Assembly (NCBI GenBank): GCA_963845065.1
Contig: CAWJQQ010000009.1
Span: 1,233,631 to 1,297,630 of the forward strand
Source: Nitrospirota bacterium
Lineage (GTDB): Bacteria; Nitrospirota; UBA9217
Direction of reading: 5' to 3'
Length of the DNA: 64,000 bases
The position numbers and the translations under genes were made by a program. The notes under the pieces were generated by a model, which saw only the letters and a program-made list of their open reading frames with translations, did no database searches and had not been told where the DNA came from. This document shows positions 40,330 to 51,274 of this stretch, one piece after another; position 1 is the stretch's first letter; the number at the start of each line of letters is the position of its first letter.

Positions 40330-40955
40330 CCTTTACCAGAGAACAACAGAAAATTACGCTGGGCGTTCTGTTGATCTTTATCGCGCTGGTCAACGGGTAC
40401 AACTTTATGACCAGTGAAAAGCCGAAAACCGCGCCACTCATGTTTGAACCGGGCGCTGTGGCTAATTCGTTGGTGCGGCAGGGTCTGTTATCGCGAGGAA
40501 GCGGGGTCGACCCCTTGAATGTTTTTATGGAGCGGCACAATGAAAGATATCCAGGGGTCACACGGGATTTTTTCAGGATGGAAAACCCTGTCGTCAGGCA
40601 AAAACCGGCGCAAGTCTCAAAGGTCCAGATGGCTCCACCTCCGTTGCCGATGAAAACGCCGGAGGAGATCGCTGCCGAGGCATCGCGTGCCGATCTATCG
40701 AGGTTTAGCTTTCTCGGTTACCTTACCGATAAGGAGAGTACGCTTTTCTTGTCCAAGGATGGAGAACTCTTCATCGTGAAGAGAGGAGACCGGGTGTTGA
40801 AAAATTATAAGGTGAAAGAGGCTAACAAAGACTTTGTGATCATACTCGATACTGTCACAGGGGTGGCAATGCGCATCGATATGTCAGGTAGCATTACGCA
40901 GGAGCAAACACCGCAGCAGCAGTTGCATCAACCCCAGCAGCCACTGGACCAATAG
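40326..40955 (+). CDS. PilP/GspC-position accessory protein
   Basis: TM helix, RDFF, Pro-rich linker, FLGYL..TLFLSKDGELFIVKRGD. Confidence 0.65.
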   Translation: MTFTREQQKITLGVLLIFIALVNGYNFMTSEKPKTAPLMFEPGAVANSLVRQGLLSRGSGVDPLNVFMERHNERYPGVTRDFFRMENPVVRQKPAQVSKVQMAPPPLPMKTPEEIAAEASRADLSRFSFLGYLTDKESTLFLSKDGELFIVKRGDRVLKNYKVKEANKDFVIILDTVTGVAMRIDMSGSITQEQTPQQQLHQPQQPLDQ

Positions 40956-41239
40956 TCAACTCAAAGCCGCTAGCGCTAGAATGAGGACAAATCCCTGAGC
41001 CATAGATCCGGCGGGCTACCTGACGGGAAATAAATAAAATGAAACATAAGTTGCAGCAGAAATTATAGCAACAACAATAAATGTATCAACGGATGGCTGC
41101 GTCGCTGCAGTATCATAAGGCCGTCTACTGTCGGACAAAACGGGAGAACATCGTGAATGCATGGTAGTCATGAAAATGGCTTTTTCTCCTCTGATGCAGA
41201 TTCGTTTGGATTTTTAGAATAGTTGAAGTGAGGAGGCAG

Positions 41240-43588
41240 ATGATGAACAGGATCATGCCCCAGCTTATTGCTGTCGTGATAATAGCGGCTCTTCTGGGCT
41301 GCGCAGCAGGCTCCCAGGAATTTCAGCGCGGCGAGCGATATTCCCAGCGCGGCGAGTGGGACATGGCCGTCAAAGAATATCGTGCGGCTAACAAGCACGA
41401 TCCTCAAGACATCGAGTACCGCGCTGCTTTGCTGCGTGCCCAGGAAATGGCGGCAAATGAGCACCACAAGAGGGCACGAAGTTTTCTGCAGGAGCACAAA
41501 CTCGATCAGGCCATCACGGAACTTCAGCAGGCAATCTACCTTAACCCATCCAACGCGGCTATCCAGAGCGCCCTTAAATCCGTTCTGAATATGAAAGAGG
41601 CGGAAGACCATTACCGCGCATCGCTTTCTTTCGTGGAATTGGGGAGGCTTTCCGACGCAATCAACGAGCTGAACCAGGCCGTTGAGCTGGACGCAGAGAA
41701 TGTGAAATATCGCGATGCCCTCAACAAACTGGAGCAGCAAAAAACCGAAATGGAACCAGAGGACGCTCTTACCCTGGTTTCGGACAAACCCATTACCCTG
41801 AACTTCAAGAACACCAATATCAAGGACGTCTTCGAGTTTCTGTCCAAACTTTCGGGTATCAACATTCTCTTCGACGAGGATGTAAAGGCACAGCCGGTGA
41901 CTATCTTCATCAAGGATGTGTCGTTCCAGTATGCTCTTAATCTTCTTCTTTCAACTAACAAGCTTTTTATGAAAAAAGTAAGCGCCGATACCATTATCGT
42001 TATTCCTAAAAGTAAAGCCAAGACGGACCAGTACCAGGACTTGATGGTTAGGACCTTTTATATCAATAACGCCAAGGCGAAGGATATGGTTAATGTCATC
42101 AAGACCATGCTCGATTTGAAGAAAGTGTATGTGAACGAAGCGTTAAATTGCATTACTATCAGGGACACACCCGAGAAACTGAAGCTGATCGAAAAGATCA
42201 TAGTGGACAACGACCTCAAGGAGGCAGAGGTTATCCTCGATGTTGAAGTCCTCGAGATTGACCGCACCAATACACAGACCTATGGATGGGACTTCCAGCC
42301 TGGTCTCAGTGTGTCCGGTACAATTCAAAACCCGACGGGGGCAACGAATGTACCGGCGTCTGGGACTGGGGTTGCCTTAAGCCAGATTTCAAGCAAAAAT
42401 CTATTCGTGACACTCCCAAGCGTAGTGGTGAATCTGATGAAGCAGGATTCCGACGCCCAGACGCTGGCTAACCCTCGCATACGAATTATGAGTAATAGAA
42501 AAGCAAGTTTTATGGTCGGTGACAAGATCCCTATCCAAACATCTACGATCCAATCCACGGCAACGGCCGCCGTTACCTCCACCTTCGAATATAAGGATGT
42601 CGGCATCAAGCTCAACATCGAGCCGATAGTCCACTTGGATAACACGGTGACGCTCAATTTGAAGGTGGAGGTCAGCACGCTGGGCAATCTGTTGAGTTTC
42701 GGCAATGGACAGCAGCAATATGAGTTTGGTAACCGGAGCACGGAGTCGATTATCAACCTCCGCGACGGCGAAACAGTGATCATAGGCGGTCTGATTCAAG
42801 ACGATGAACGCAAGACGCTGACCAAGATTCCGATCCTCGGAGACCTCCCGGTGCTGGGCAGACTGTTCCAGAATAACGATAGCAGCGCGATCAAGACGGA
42901 CATCCTCATGTCAATCACACCAAACATCGTACGCAACGTGGAGTTGCCAGGCAAGGACGCACAGTCCTTCTGGTCCGGTACGGAGGAGGCATACGACACG
43001 AAGCCGCTCTTCTTTTTAGCAGGAAAGAGCTCAAAGCCATCGGGAAAGCCCCTCGACAAAATTGCCGTGCTTGAATCGATGGCCAAACGGGGAACGCCAG
43101 CTGTATCGGCCCAAGGCGAAGTGCCAACACTGGCAACGGTTCCCACGGCTACCGGCGAGCTGTCTACCACCAGCCCTGTACTTTTGGAAATCAAGCCTTC
43201 CGACGCATCTATGCAGCTAGGACAGGAGACGCGGTTCGATATTAAGGCGGATAAAATTAAAGACCTGTACGGTGCGATCCTGACATTAGGTTATGATCCC
43301 AAAGTAGCAGAATTCGTTAATGCGAGCGAAGGAGGACTTCTCAAGTCTGATGGACAGCAGACTTCTTTCCTCTTCTCGAACAATATCAGAACGGGAACGG
43401 TGGACATTTATATGACAAGGATCGGCGATGTCGGCGGCGTAAACGGCTCCGGCAGTCTCTGCACCGTAGCATTTCAAGGCAAATCTAACGGATCGAGTGA
43501 ATTAGCTCTCCGGAGCGTGAAGCTCAAGAATTTCAAAAGGGAACCAATAAAGGCTGACCTGAAGAGTGCAAAATTGGTTGTGAAGTAA
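41240..43588 (+). CDS. Secretin (GspD/PulQ-like lipoprotein) with TPR and cohesin-like domains
   Basis: Lipobox LLGC, TPRs, STN domain ITLNFKNTNIKDVF, LANPRIR, DVGIKL, DGETVIIGGLI, ITPNIV; C-terminal cohesin-like LGYDP..GSGSL. Confidence 0.9.
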   Translation: MMNRIMPQLIAVVIIAALLGCAAGSQEFQRGERYSQRGEWDMAVKEYRAANKHDPQDIEYRAALLRAQEMAANEHHKRARSFLQEHKLDQAITELQQAIYLNPSNAAIQSALKSVLNMKEAEDHYRASLSFVELGRLSDAINELNQAVELDAENVKYRDALNKLEQQKTEMEPEDALTLVSDKPITLNFKNTNIKDVFEFLSKLSGINILFDEDVKAQPVTIFIKDVSFQYALNLLLSTNKLFMKKVSADTIIVIPKSKAKTDQYQDLMVRTFYINNAKAKDMVNVIKTMLDLKKVYVNEALNCITIRDTPEKLKLIEKIIVDNDLKEAEVILDVEVLEIDRTNTQTYGWDFQPGLSVSGTIQNPTGATNVPASGTGVALSQISSKNLFVTLPSVVVNLMKQDSDAQTLANPRIRIMSNRKASFMVGDKIPIQTSTIQSTATAAVTSTFEYKDVGIKLNIEPIVHLDNTVTLNLKVEVSTLGNLLSFGNGQQQYEFGNRSTESIINLRDGETVIIGGLIQDDERKTLTKIPILGDLPVLGRLFQNNDSSAIKTDILMSITPNIVRNVELPGKDAQSFWSGTEEAYDTKPLFFLAGKSSKPSGKPLDKIAVLESMAKRGTPAVSAQGEVPTLATVPTATGELSTTSPVLLEIKPSDASMQLGQETRFDIKADKIKDLYGAILTLGYDPKVAEFVNASEGGLLKSDGQQTSFLFSNNIRTGTVDIYMTRIGDVGGVNGSGSLCTVAFQGKSNGSSELALRSVKLKNFKREPIKADLKSAKLVVK

Positions 43589-43609
43589 TTAGCAAATGCG
43601 AAAATCAGT

Positions 43610-44131
43610 ATGCCCGATGGTACTGCGATAAACTCCATGTGGAAAACGCGGCGGAACGGTATCACTCTCATCGAATTGCTCGTCGTCATTGCGATCGTTT
43701 CCATTTTAGCCTCGGCAGCGATGCCGCTCTCGCGTATGACCATAAAAAGAGCCAAGGAGATCGAACTGCGCAACAACTTGCGGATTTTACGCACCGCCAT
43801 CGATGCCTTCAAGAAAGACTGCGATGGGAAAAAGTTGTCCATGGTGGAGGGTTATTGCGTGGCAGACCAGGACAATTATCCCGAAACCCTTGAACAGTTG
43901 ACGCAGCCTCTGAAACTTACAGGTGATGTAGACAAAACCAGGAAATATCTTCGTAGGATCCCCAGAGATCCTATGACGGAGATAGAATCTTCCGACAACA
44001 CGAACAATTGGGGCTTACGTTCCTACGCCGATGACCCCGATTCAAAACAGTGGGGCGGCGGGAATGTTTACGATGTCTATTCAAAGAGCGAGGCCGTAGC
44101 GCTTGATGGAACGAAATACAATACGTGGTAA
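43610..44131 (+). CDS. Type II secretion pseudopilin (GspG-like)
   Basis: G/ITLIELLVVIAI class III signal, YLRRIPRDPM, VYDVYS, DGTKYNTW. Confidence 0.88.
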   Translation: MPDGTAINSMWKTRRNGITLIELLVVIAIVSILASAAMPLSRMTIKRAKEIELRNNLRILRTAIDAFKKDCDGKKLSMVEGYCVADQDNYPETLEQLTQPLKLTGDVDKTRKYLRRIPRDPMTEIESSDNTNNWGLRSYADDPDSKQWGGGNVYDVYSKSEAVALDGTKYNTW

Positions 44132-44185
44132 GGGATAACATAGTTTAGAGAACAGAGACATGGCGGTGAGGGATGTAACAGAGAT

Positions 44186-44668
44186 ATGGTAAAACGGCCG
44201 AGAGTGAAGAAAGATCAGGGCGACGACGGACCGCGAGTTTATTATTCGGAATCCGGCATTTACACCCGGCATTTCGTAACCCAATTGTGGAAGACTAATG
44301 GCTTTACACTTCTGGAACTCATGATCGTGCTCGCCATCATGGGAGTGCTAGTCTCCATTGCGCAGCCCAGCCTAAAGATTTCGATAGTCCGTGCCAGGGA
44401 AGCTGTTCTCCGGGAGGACCTGTTCGAGATGCGCGAAGCCATTGATCAGTATTATGCTGACAACGATAAGTATCCTCCCACGCTTCAGGATTTGATCAAC
44501 CAGCAGGAAAAAACCAATAGTTATTTAAGAGAAATTCCCAAAGACCCCTTTACCGGAGCGAGCGACTGGATCACGGTTGCATCTGAGGGCGAGGATAGTG
44601 GCGTGTTCGACGCACATAGTGCCAGTCCCCTGATTGCTTTAGACGGAACTACCTACAATTCCTGGTAA
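44186..44668 (+). CDS. Type II secretion pseudopilin (OxpG/GspG-like)
   Basis: G/FTLLELMIVLAI, REAVLREDL..MREAIDQYYAD, YLREIPKDPFT, DGTTYNSW. Confidence 0.88.
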   Translation: MVKRPRVKKDQGDDGPRVYYSESGIYTRHFVTQLWKTNGFTLLELMIVLAIMGVLVSIAQPSLKISIVRAREAVLREDLFEMREAIDQYYADNDKYPPTLQDLINQQEKTNSYLREIPKDPFTGASDWITVASEGEDSGVFDAHSASPLIALDGTTYNSW

Positions 44669-45026
44669 TTTTTACCTCTATTCGGTTTGTTTGCTGAAGA
44701 AGCGCAAAGCGTACTGAATTCCCTTCTTTGAATTCTGTGACATGCTATCCTTTGTGACAGAACTTTGTGCATATTATCACCCTCACCAAAACAGAGGTCG
44801 CTATCATTCGTGCCATTCATGGCGAATGTCTGGCAAAGTACAACAAACCAGTTTTTGGTGCCGATGCCGCTTTTGTCTGCCAAATCAATGTGGACTACCG
44901 CGTAATAAGAAGCAACCTGAACACATCCCGCAAATATGATGAAGATGGTGCCACTCTGGCATTCGAATGCTGGTCATTTCGAAAAAAAGCTTGCAACCTC
45001 ATCGTAAAATCAGTAATATTACAAAC

Positions 45027-45653
45027 GTGAAAAAAATAAGGGATTTTGTAAAGAAATATTTTTTTACCGGCTTGCTTGTCATCTTGCCGGTATGGGCTAC
45101 CTATTACGTTTTGTCAGAATTGCTTGGTGTGATCGATGGCATTTTAGGCGATCTCCCTGCGTATTTTCTGGGACACCGGTTCCCGGGACTAGGCATCATC
45201 ACGCTCTTCTTATTCATTCTGCTCATCGGAATCCTATTTGCGAACTATTTGGGTAGCAGAGTCGTCAAGGTGAGCGATGAATTGCTTCATAAGGTGCCAC
45301 TTGTCCGGGGCGTCTATTTCACCATAAAACATGTCATGGAGACCTTCTCCATGAAACACCAGTTCCATGGCGTGGCCATCGTCGAATATCCGCGTAAAGG
45401 CTGCTACAGCATGGGGTTTATGACCGGTGAAGTGCGGGGAGATGCTCTCGGCATCGCGGACAGGCTTATAACCGTATTTGTTCCCACCACGCCGAATCCT
45501 ACGGCTGGCTTTTTGCTAATACTTCCCGAAACAGAAGTCACCCGGATCAATTTGTCCGTTGAAGAAGGGATGAAATTCATCATCTCGCTCGGGTTGGTCC
45601 CCCTAAGCGAGCTTCAGGCCAGCAAACTAAAGCATAACGAGGAGGTGCGTTAA
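45027..45653 (+). CDS. DUF502 membrane protein
   Basis: YFFTGLLVILP, VEYPRKG, FVPTTPNPTAGF, SVEEGMKFIISLG. Confidence 0.9.
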   Translation: MKKIRDFVKKYFFTGLLVILPVWATYYVLSELLGVIDGILGDLPAYFLGHRFPGLGIITLFLFILLIGILFANYLGSRVVKVSDELLHKVPLVRGVYFTIKHVMETFSMKHQFHGVAIVEYPRKGCYSMGFMTGEVRGDALGIADRLITVFVPTTPNPTAGFLLILPETEVTRINLSVEEGMKFIISLGLVPLSELQASKLKHNEEVR

Positions 45654-47036
45654 GTGAATCCGACGATCGTAATTCTTGCAGCAGGTCTCGGTACGCGCAT
45701 GAAATCCGGCCTGGCAAAAGCACTTCATCCCCTAGCCGGGTTGCCACTGATAAAGCATGTGCTGAATGCAGCATCAGGAGTTGAACCGGAAAAGATTATC
45801 CTGGTGCTGGGACATCAGGCCGACCAGGTAACGAACGCACTCGGGGATTCTCGAGTTGTGATTGTGATACAGGCCGAACAGCTCGGAACGGGTCATGCCG
45901 TGCAACAGGCGGCAGACTCCATCTTAGCTGGTTCCGGTCCGGTTATGATCTTGTGCGCCGATACACCGCTTTTGACGAGTCGAACGCTCAAAGACGTCAC
46001 GGCTCTCCATAAAAAATCGCACGCTGCGATCACGCTCCTGACCTTTCGGACAAAAAATCCATTCGGGTACGGTAGGATAGTGCGTAGTAAGAGCGGTGTC
46101 ATGCGCGTCGTTGAAGAAAAGGACGCCACTGCGGCGCAGAAAAAGATCGAGGAAGTAAATGCTGGTATCTACTGTTTCGACCCTGCGTTCCTGCTTTCCT
46201 CTCTCTCCTCGCTGGGAAAGAACAATGCTCAGGGCGAGTACTATCTTACGGACACGATCGAACTTGCACGGAAAAAGAAGCGCACAGTTGCGGCGATGCT
46301 GTGCAGCGATCCGGATGAAGTAATGGGGGTAAATTCTCGATACGATTTAAGCCGCGCCGAGGACATCATTAAGCAAAGGACCAATCGACGATGGATGAGT
46401 GAAGGGGTGACTATGCTCGACCCCGATACTGTCTTTATCGGGAGTGAAGTGTCTATCGGCCATGACGTCACTTTGTATCCGAATGTGAGGATAGAAGGCC
46501 GGACGAAGATCGGCGATACTTGTATGATCTACCCCGGCACACGAATAGTTGATAGCGTTATCGCCAGCCATGTTACAATAAAAGATTACTCGCTCATTGA
46601 AGAAAGCAGCATCGCAACAGGTGCGGTAATCGGGCCTTTTGCACACCTGCGTCCGGGTGCCCTGATTGGCGATGGGGTGCACATTGGGAACTTTGTCGAA
46701 GTGAAAAAATCCGCAATAGGTAAAGGGAGCAAGGCAAATCACCTTGCCTATATCGGCGACTCAACTGTCGGCGTGGATGTTAACATCGGGGCAGGTGTCA
46801 TCACCTGCAACTATGATGGATACGAGAAACACCAGACCGTCATCGAAGATAACGTATTTGTTGGCAGCGATACACAGTTTGTCGCACCGGTGAAGATCGG
46901 GGAAGGGGCGCTCATCGCCGCAGGAACAACGATCACTCGCGACGTTCCTCCCGGCGCACTCGCCATAAGCCGTGTTCCGCAGGAAATTCGCGAGGGCTTC
47001 GCGGACCGCAGAAGAAAATTAAAACAAAAAAAGTAA
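45654..47036 (+). CDS. glmU: Bifunctional UDP-GlcNAc pyrophosphorylase/acetyltransferase
   Basis: LAAGLGTRMKS, QLGTGHAV, GPFAHLRP, GNFVEVK, ITCNYDG. Confidence 0.97.
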   Translation: MNPTIVILAAGLGTRMKSGLAKALHPLAGLPLIKHVLNAASGVEPEKIILVLGHQADQVTNALGDSRVVIVIQAEQLGTGHAVQQAADSILAGSGPVMILCADTPLLTSRTLKDVTALHKKSHAAITLLTFRTKNPFGYGRIVRSKSGVMRVVEEKDATAAQKKIEEVNAGIYCFDPAFLLSSLSSLGKNNAQGEYYLTDTIELARKKKRTVAAMLCSDPDEVMGVNSRYDLSRAEDIIKQRTNRRWMSEGVTMLDPDTVFIGSEVSIGHDVTLYPNVRIEGRTKIGDTCMIYPGTRIVDSVIASHVTIKDYSLIEESSIATGAVIGPFAHLRPGALIGDGVHIGNFVEVKKSAIGKGSKANHLAYIGDSTVGVDVNIGAGVITCNYDGYEKHQTVIEDNVFVGSDTQFVAPVKIGEGALIAAGTTITRDVPPGALAISRVPQEIREGFADRRRKLKQKK

Positions 47037-47067
47037 ATAATACATTTTACCGTGGAGTATTTGGAAC

Positions 47068-48897
47068 ATGTGTGGAATTATCGGTTACATCGGAAAAGAA
47101 CCGGCTGTCCCGATCCTTATTGAGGGCCTCAGGAAACTCGAGTACCGCGGATACGATTCGGCAGGAATAGCGGTACTGCAGAACGGGCAATTTATCGTCC
47201 GCAGGGCCGTCGGCAAGCTCCAGAACCTCGAGGCGGTGCTCCGTAGCGAAACGTTAACAGGCAAGATCGGCGTAGGGCACGTTCGCTGGGCAACACACGG
47301 AAGGCCGTCAGAAGAAAACGCGCACCCGCACCGTGCCGGCAAAATCGTAGTGGTCCATAACGGCATTATTGAGAATTATACTAAACTAAAGAAGGACTTG
47401 GAAGCCAAGGGCTGCGTGTTTCGGTCTGAGACGGATACGGAGGTGATCGCTCATCTAATCGACCAGATCGCGGAGAAAGACATGCCGCTTGCAGATGCAG
47501 TGCGCGAGGCGGCGCGACATCTGGAGGGCGCTTACGCCATCGCGGTTATCGATGAGCGAAATCCCGACGTCCTTGTGGGCGCACGTAAAGGAAGCCCGCT
47601 CGTTGTAGGTCTTGGTCAGGGCGAGTTCTTTGTTGCTTCGGATATCCCTGCCATTCTGCATCGTACACGCGATGTTCTGTTCCTGAACGACGATGAAATG
47701 GTGATCCTCTCACCTGAAGGCGTGCGGGTCACCGACTTCAAGGGTGTCGAGCTTTCTCGAGAAGTCACACAGGTCATGTGGAACCCGGTCATGGCCGAGA
47801 AAGGCGGCTACCGCCATTTCATGCTGAAAGAAATCTACGAGCAACCCCGAGCCATAATGGACACAATTCGAGGCAGGTTCTCCCAGAATACAGGTGCGAT
47901 TCACCTGGAAGAGATCGGCCCCGCCTATGAGCGGCTCAACACGACCAAAAAAATATTCATTGTTGCCTGTGGCACGTCGTGGCACGCTGGGCTTGTGGGC
48001 AAGTATATGTTCGAAGAACTGGCCTCCATCTCGACGGAAGTCGATATTGCTTCGGAGTTTCGTTATCGCAACCCGCTCGTCACCAAGGATGACCTGCTTA
48101 TAGCTATAACCCAATCCGGGGAAACCGCGGACACGCTGGCTGCTATGCGCGAGGCAAAGAAGCGAGGAGCCACGGTCATCGCCGTCTGCAATGTTGTCGG
48201 TTCGACAGCTAGCCGCGATGCTGATGGTGTGATCTATACCCATGCCGGCCCTGAAATCGGCGTGGCTTCGACCAAAGCATTTACGGCCCAGCTTACGGCG
48301 CTTTATCTTTTCGGTCTTTTCTTTGGCAGCCTGCGTGGCACCCTTTCCCTCGAAACAGTAAAAGCGCGGCTTGACGACCTCGTGCATATCCCTACGCTCG
48401 TCGAACGCTGCCTTGAATCAAATGATCAGATTGAACAAGTAGCGAAACGATTTTTCAAGGTAAACGACTTCCTTTATCTCGGGAGAGGACCGAATTTTCC
48501 CGTAGCGCTCGAAGGTGCGCTCAAGCTGAAAGAAATATCTTATATTCACGCCGAGGGGTATCCTGCAGGAGAAATGAAGCATGGACCGATTGCTCTTATC
48601 GACGACAAAATGCCTGTCATGGTTCTTGCGGGGAAAAACGGCGTATACGACAAGATTCTGGCCAATATTGAGGAGGTCAAGGCACGGGGCGGGGTCGTGA
48701 TTGCCATCATTACGGAAGGCGATACGGAGATTGTAAAGCGGGTCACTCATGCTATCCCCATTCCGGCCACGAGCCAACTCCTTATGCCAATCCTCATGTC
48801 CATTCCTCTTCAGCTCCTGGCATACCACATTGCAGTGCTGCTCGGCGCGGATGTTGATCAGCCGAGGAATCTGGCGAAAAGCGTGACGGTGGAATAA
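47068..48897 (+). CDS. glmS: Glutamine-fructose-6-phosphate transaminase
   Basis: MCGIIG, LEYRGYDSAG, QSGETADT, PRNLAKSVTVE. Confidence 0.98.
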   Translation: MCGIIGYIGKEPAVPILIEGLRKLEYRGYDSAGIAVLQNGQFIVRRAVGKLQNLEAVLRSETLTGKIGVGHVRWATHGRPSEENAHPHRAGKIVVVHNGIIENYTKLKKDLEAKGCVFRSETDTEVIAHLIDQIAEKDMPLADAVREAARHLEGAYAIAVIDERNPDVLVGARKGSPLVVGLGQGEFFVASDIPAILHRTRDVLFLNDDEMVILSPEGVRVTDFKGVELSREVTQVMWNPVMAEKGGYRHFMLKEIYEQPRAIMDTIRGRFSQNTGAIHLEEIGPAYERLNTTKKIFIVACGTSWHAGLVGKYMFEELASISTEVDIASEFRYRNPLVTKDDLLIAITQSGETADTLAAMREAKKRGATVIAVCNVVGSTASRDADGVIYTHAGPEIGVASTKAFTAQLTALYLFGLFFGSLRGTLSLETVKARLDDLVHIPTLVERCLESNDQIEQVAKRFFKVNDFLYLGRGPNFPVALEGALKLKEISYIHAEGYPAGEMKHGPIALIDDKMPVMVLAGKNGVYDKILANIEEVKARGGVVIAIITEGDTEIVKRVTHAIPIPATSQLLMPILMSIPLQLLAYHIAVLLGADVDQPRNLAKSVTVE

Positions 48898-48985
48898 AAC
48901 GACTGCGGATTGTGGCTTAGCCAATGCAAAATTTAAACCGGACGGTGTCTATTCTGCTTTTCAGATTCCGAATTATAATTTTATT

Positions 48986-51214
48986 ATGGACTATCTAGAA
49001 AATCTCAACCCACCGCAGCGCGAGGCAGTATTGTTTGGCGATGGACCACTTCTGATTCTGGCAGGTGCGGGTAGCGGCAAAACGCGAGTGATCACGTGTA
49101 GAATCGCTCATTTGATTCGCGAACGAAACGTAGATCCCAGCAATATTCTCGCTGTAACCTTTACGAATAAGGCAGCGAACGAGATGCGGGAAAGGGTTGA
49201 ACGGATGATCGATGTTCCGCTCAACAGGCTCTGGATCAGCACGTACCACGCTGCCTGCGTCCGGATACTTCGGCAACATGCCGACCGATTGGGATACGGA
49301 CGGTCGTTTGTTATATACGATGAGACCGACCGTTCTTCACTTATCAAGGCGTGCATGGCTGACTTGAGGATAGACGGTGAGCAGTATCAGCCTCGGGCGG
49401 TTAGTGCGCGGATAAGCGCGCTGAAGAATAATCTTATTAATGCGGAGCAATACGAAAAAACGAGCAGCCTTTTTGGGTTTGAGGAAGCCGTTGCCCGCGT
49501 GTACTTGCTTTACCAGGAAAAGCTCAAAGAATCGAACGGTATTGATTTCGATGACCTGCTGATGCTCACGGTAAAGCTTTTCGAGCAGCATCAGGACATC
49601 CTCAGATATTATCAGGGTGTGTTTCATCATATCCTGATAGACGAGTACCAGGATACGAACCATGCGCAGTATCGTATAGTCCGGTTATTGACGGCGCAGC
49701 GAAACAACCTCTGCGTCGTTGGCGATGATGATCAGAGCATCTACCGGTTTCGCGGAGCTGACATCTCGAACATCCTGAACTTCGAGAAGGATTACCCCGC
49801 AGCCAAAGTGATCAAGCTTGAGCAGAACTACCGCTCGACACGGAATATTCTTGGCGCCGCTGGAGCGGTCGTGGCGCGCAACCTCGGCAGGAAACCAAAG
49901 GAGCTCTGGACACAAAAACGAGGTGGTGATAAGATACTTTGTTACAAAGCATTTGACGAGAAGGACGAAGCGCGGTACATTTGCCGGACCATTCAACAGG
50001 AGGTTGATGAAGGCAGGAATCTTCGCCAGATCGCGGTGCTGTACCGCACTAACGCTCAATCGCGTGCCCTGGAAGACGCCCTCCGCAACCATGGCGTCCC
50101 GTACCGGATTTTCGGCGGTCTGCGTTTTTATGACCGCAAGGAGATCAAGGACATAATAGCTTACCTGCGAGTGCTGCAAAATCCCGCGGACATCGTCAGT
50201 CTGCGCCGGATCATTAATGTACCCTCGCGCGGCATTGGCGATACGACGATCAGTAAGTTGGAGCGCATGGCAGCACAGGCAGGCATCATGCTATACCAGG
50301 TTGCGATGAATGCGGATATGGCTGATATCACCACGTCTGCAAAAAAAAAGGTCCGGGATTTTACGGGCATGATGGAACGGATGCGGTCTGATCTCGGGAC
50401 GGTAACCGTCACAGATCTCGTGAGGAGAGTGATCCATGAGAGTGGTTATGGCGCTGCTCTTGAGCAGGAAAAGACCGTTGAGTCGAGGATCAGGCTTGAA
50501 AACTTGAATGAACTCATGACTGCCACCGAGGACTTTCAGGAACTGAACCGCGAAGCATCGCTTGCCGAGTTCCTGGACCAGGTAGCTCTCATCACCGATC
50601 TGGAGCAGCAAACAGCTGCAGAAAATGGTCGTGGGCAAACGGACTTCGTAACGCTCATGACATTGCATAACGCCAAGGGCCTTGAATTTTCCGTAGTGTT
50701 CCTTGCCGGCATGGAGGAAGGGCTTTTCCCACACTCCCGTTCCGTGGAGAGCGAAGAAGAACTCGAAGAAGAGCGGCGACTTTGTTATGTGGGGATAACG
50801 CGGGCGAAGGAACGCCTTGTTCTTACCCATGCCACGGAACGCAGGCTTTACGGCTATCCGCAGTCCAATCTGATGTCACGCTTTGTTCAGGAGATCCCGC
50901 GTGAGGTTATGGATTTTACGGGAACCGATTCAACATCGACTCATTCCTTTCGGGACCGAGTCTCGCGGGAAAATGATTCCTATGGTGCGGTGCGAAATGA
51001 AACAAAAGAAGAGCAAGCAGTGGCTCCTCAGGTTGTAAAATCCAGCTCCGGAGGCCGGTACTACAATGGTGCTGTGGTACGGCACGCCAAGTTCGGTCTC
51101 GGTACGGTGCAGCGATCCGAGGGGACAGGGGATGATCTCAAAATCAGCGTAAGTTTCCCAGGGCATGGCATGAAGACGCTTGCGGTGAAATATGCGAATC
51201 TAGAAGTGATATAG
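48986..51214 (+). CDS. pcrA: ATP-dependent DNA helicase PcrA/UvrD
   Basis: AGAGSGKT, DEYQDTN, LEQNYRS, LHNAKGLEF, EERRLCYVGITRA, C-terminal Tudor-like domain. Confidence 0.95.
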   Translation: MDYLENLNPPQREAVLFGDGPLLILAGAGSGKTRVITCRIAHLIRERNVDPSNILAVTFTNKAANEMRERVERMIDVPLNRLWISTYHAACVRILRQHADRLGYGRSFVIYDETDRSSLIKACMADLRIDGEQYQPRAVSARISALKNNLINAEQYEKTSSLFGFEEAVARVYLLYQEKLKESNGIDFDDLLMLTVKLFEQHQDILRYYQGVFHHILIDEYQDTNHAQYRIVRLLTAQRNNLCVVGDDDQSIYRFRGADISNILNFEKDYPAAKVIKLEQNYRSTRNILGAAGAVVARNLGRKPKELWTQKRGGDKILCYKAFDEKDEARYICRTIQQEVDEGRNLRQIAVLYRTNAQSRALEDALRNHGVPYRIFGGLRFYDRKEIKDIIAYLRVLQNPADIVSLRRIINVPSRGIGDTTISKLERMAAQAGIMLYQVAMNADMADITTSAKKKVRDFTGMMERMRSDLGTVTVTDLVRRVIHESGYGAALEQEKTVESRIRLENLNELMTATEDFQELNREASLAEFLDQVALITDLEQQTAAENGRGQTDFVTLMTLHNAKGLEFSVVFLAGMEEGLFPHSRSVESEEELEEERRLCYVGITRAKERLVLTHATERRLYGYPQSNLMSRFVQEIPREVMDFTGTDSTSTHSFRDRVSRENDSYGAVRNETKEEQAVAPQVVKSSSGGRYYNGAVVRHAKFGLGTVQRSEGTGDDLKISVSFPGHGMKTLAVKYANLEVI

Positions 51215-51260
51215 ACGGTAGGCAGCAGACAGTATGTAGCAGACAGTATGTAGCAGACAG
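51212..51260 (+). repeat. Heptanucleotide tandem repeat
   Basis: TAGACGG TAGGCAG CAGACAG TATGTAG CAGACAG TATGTAG CAGACAG between pcrA and gatC. Confidence 0.8.
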
Positions 51261-51274
51261 GGGGATACGAAGTA

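Noticed and set aside
44653..45030. ORFs between the pseudopilins and DUF502
   Set aside because: Overlapping short frames on both strands with no SD or motif
47037..47067. glmS ribozyme
   Set aside because: Only 31 bp separate glmU and glmS
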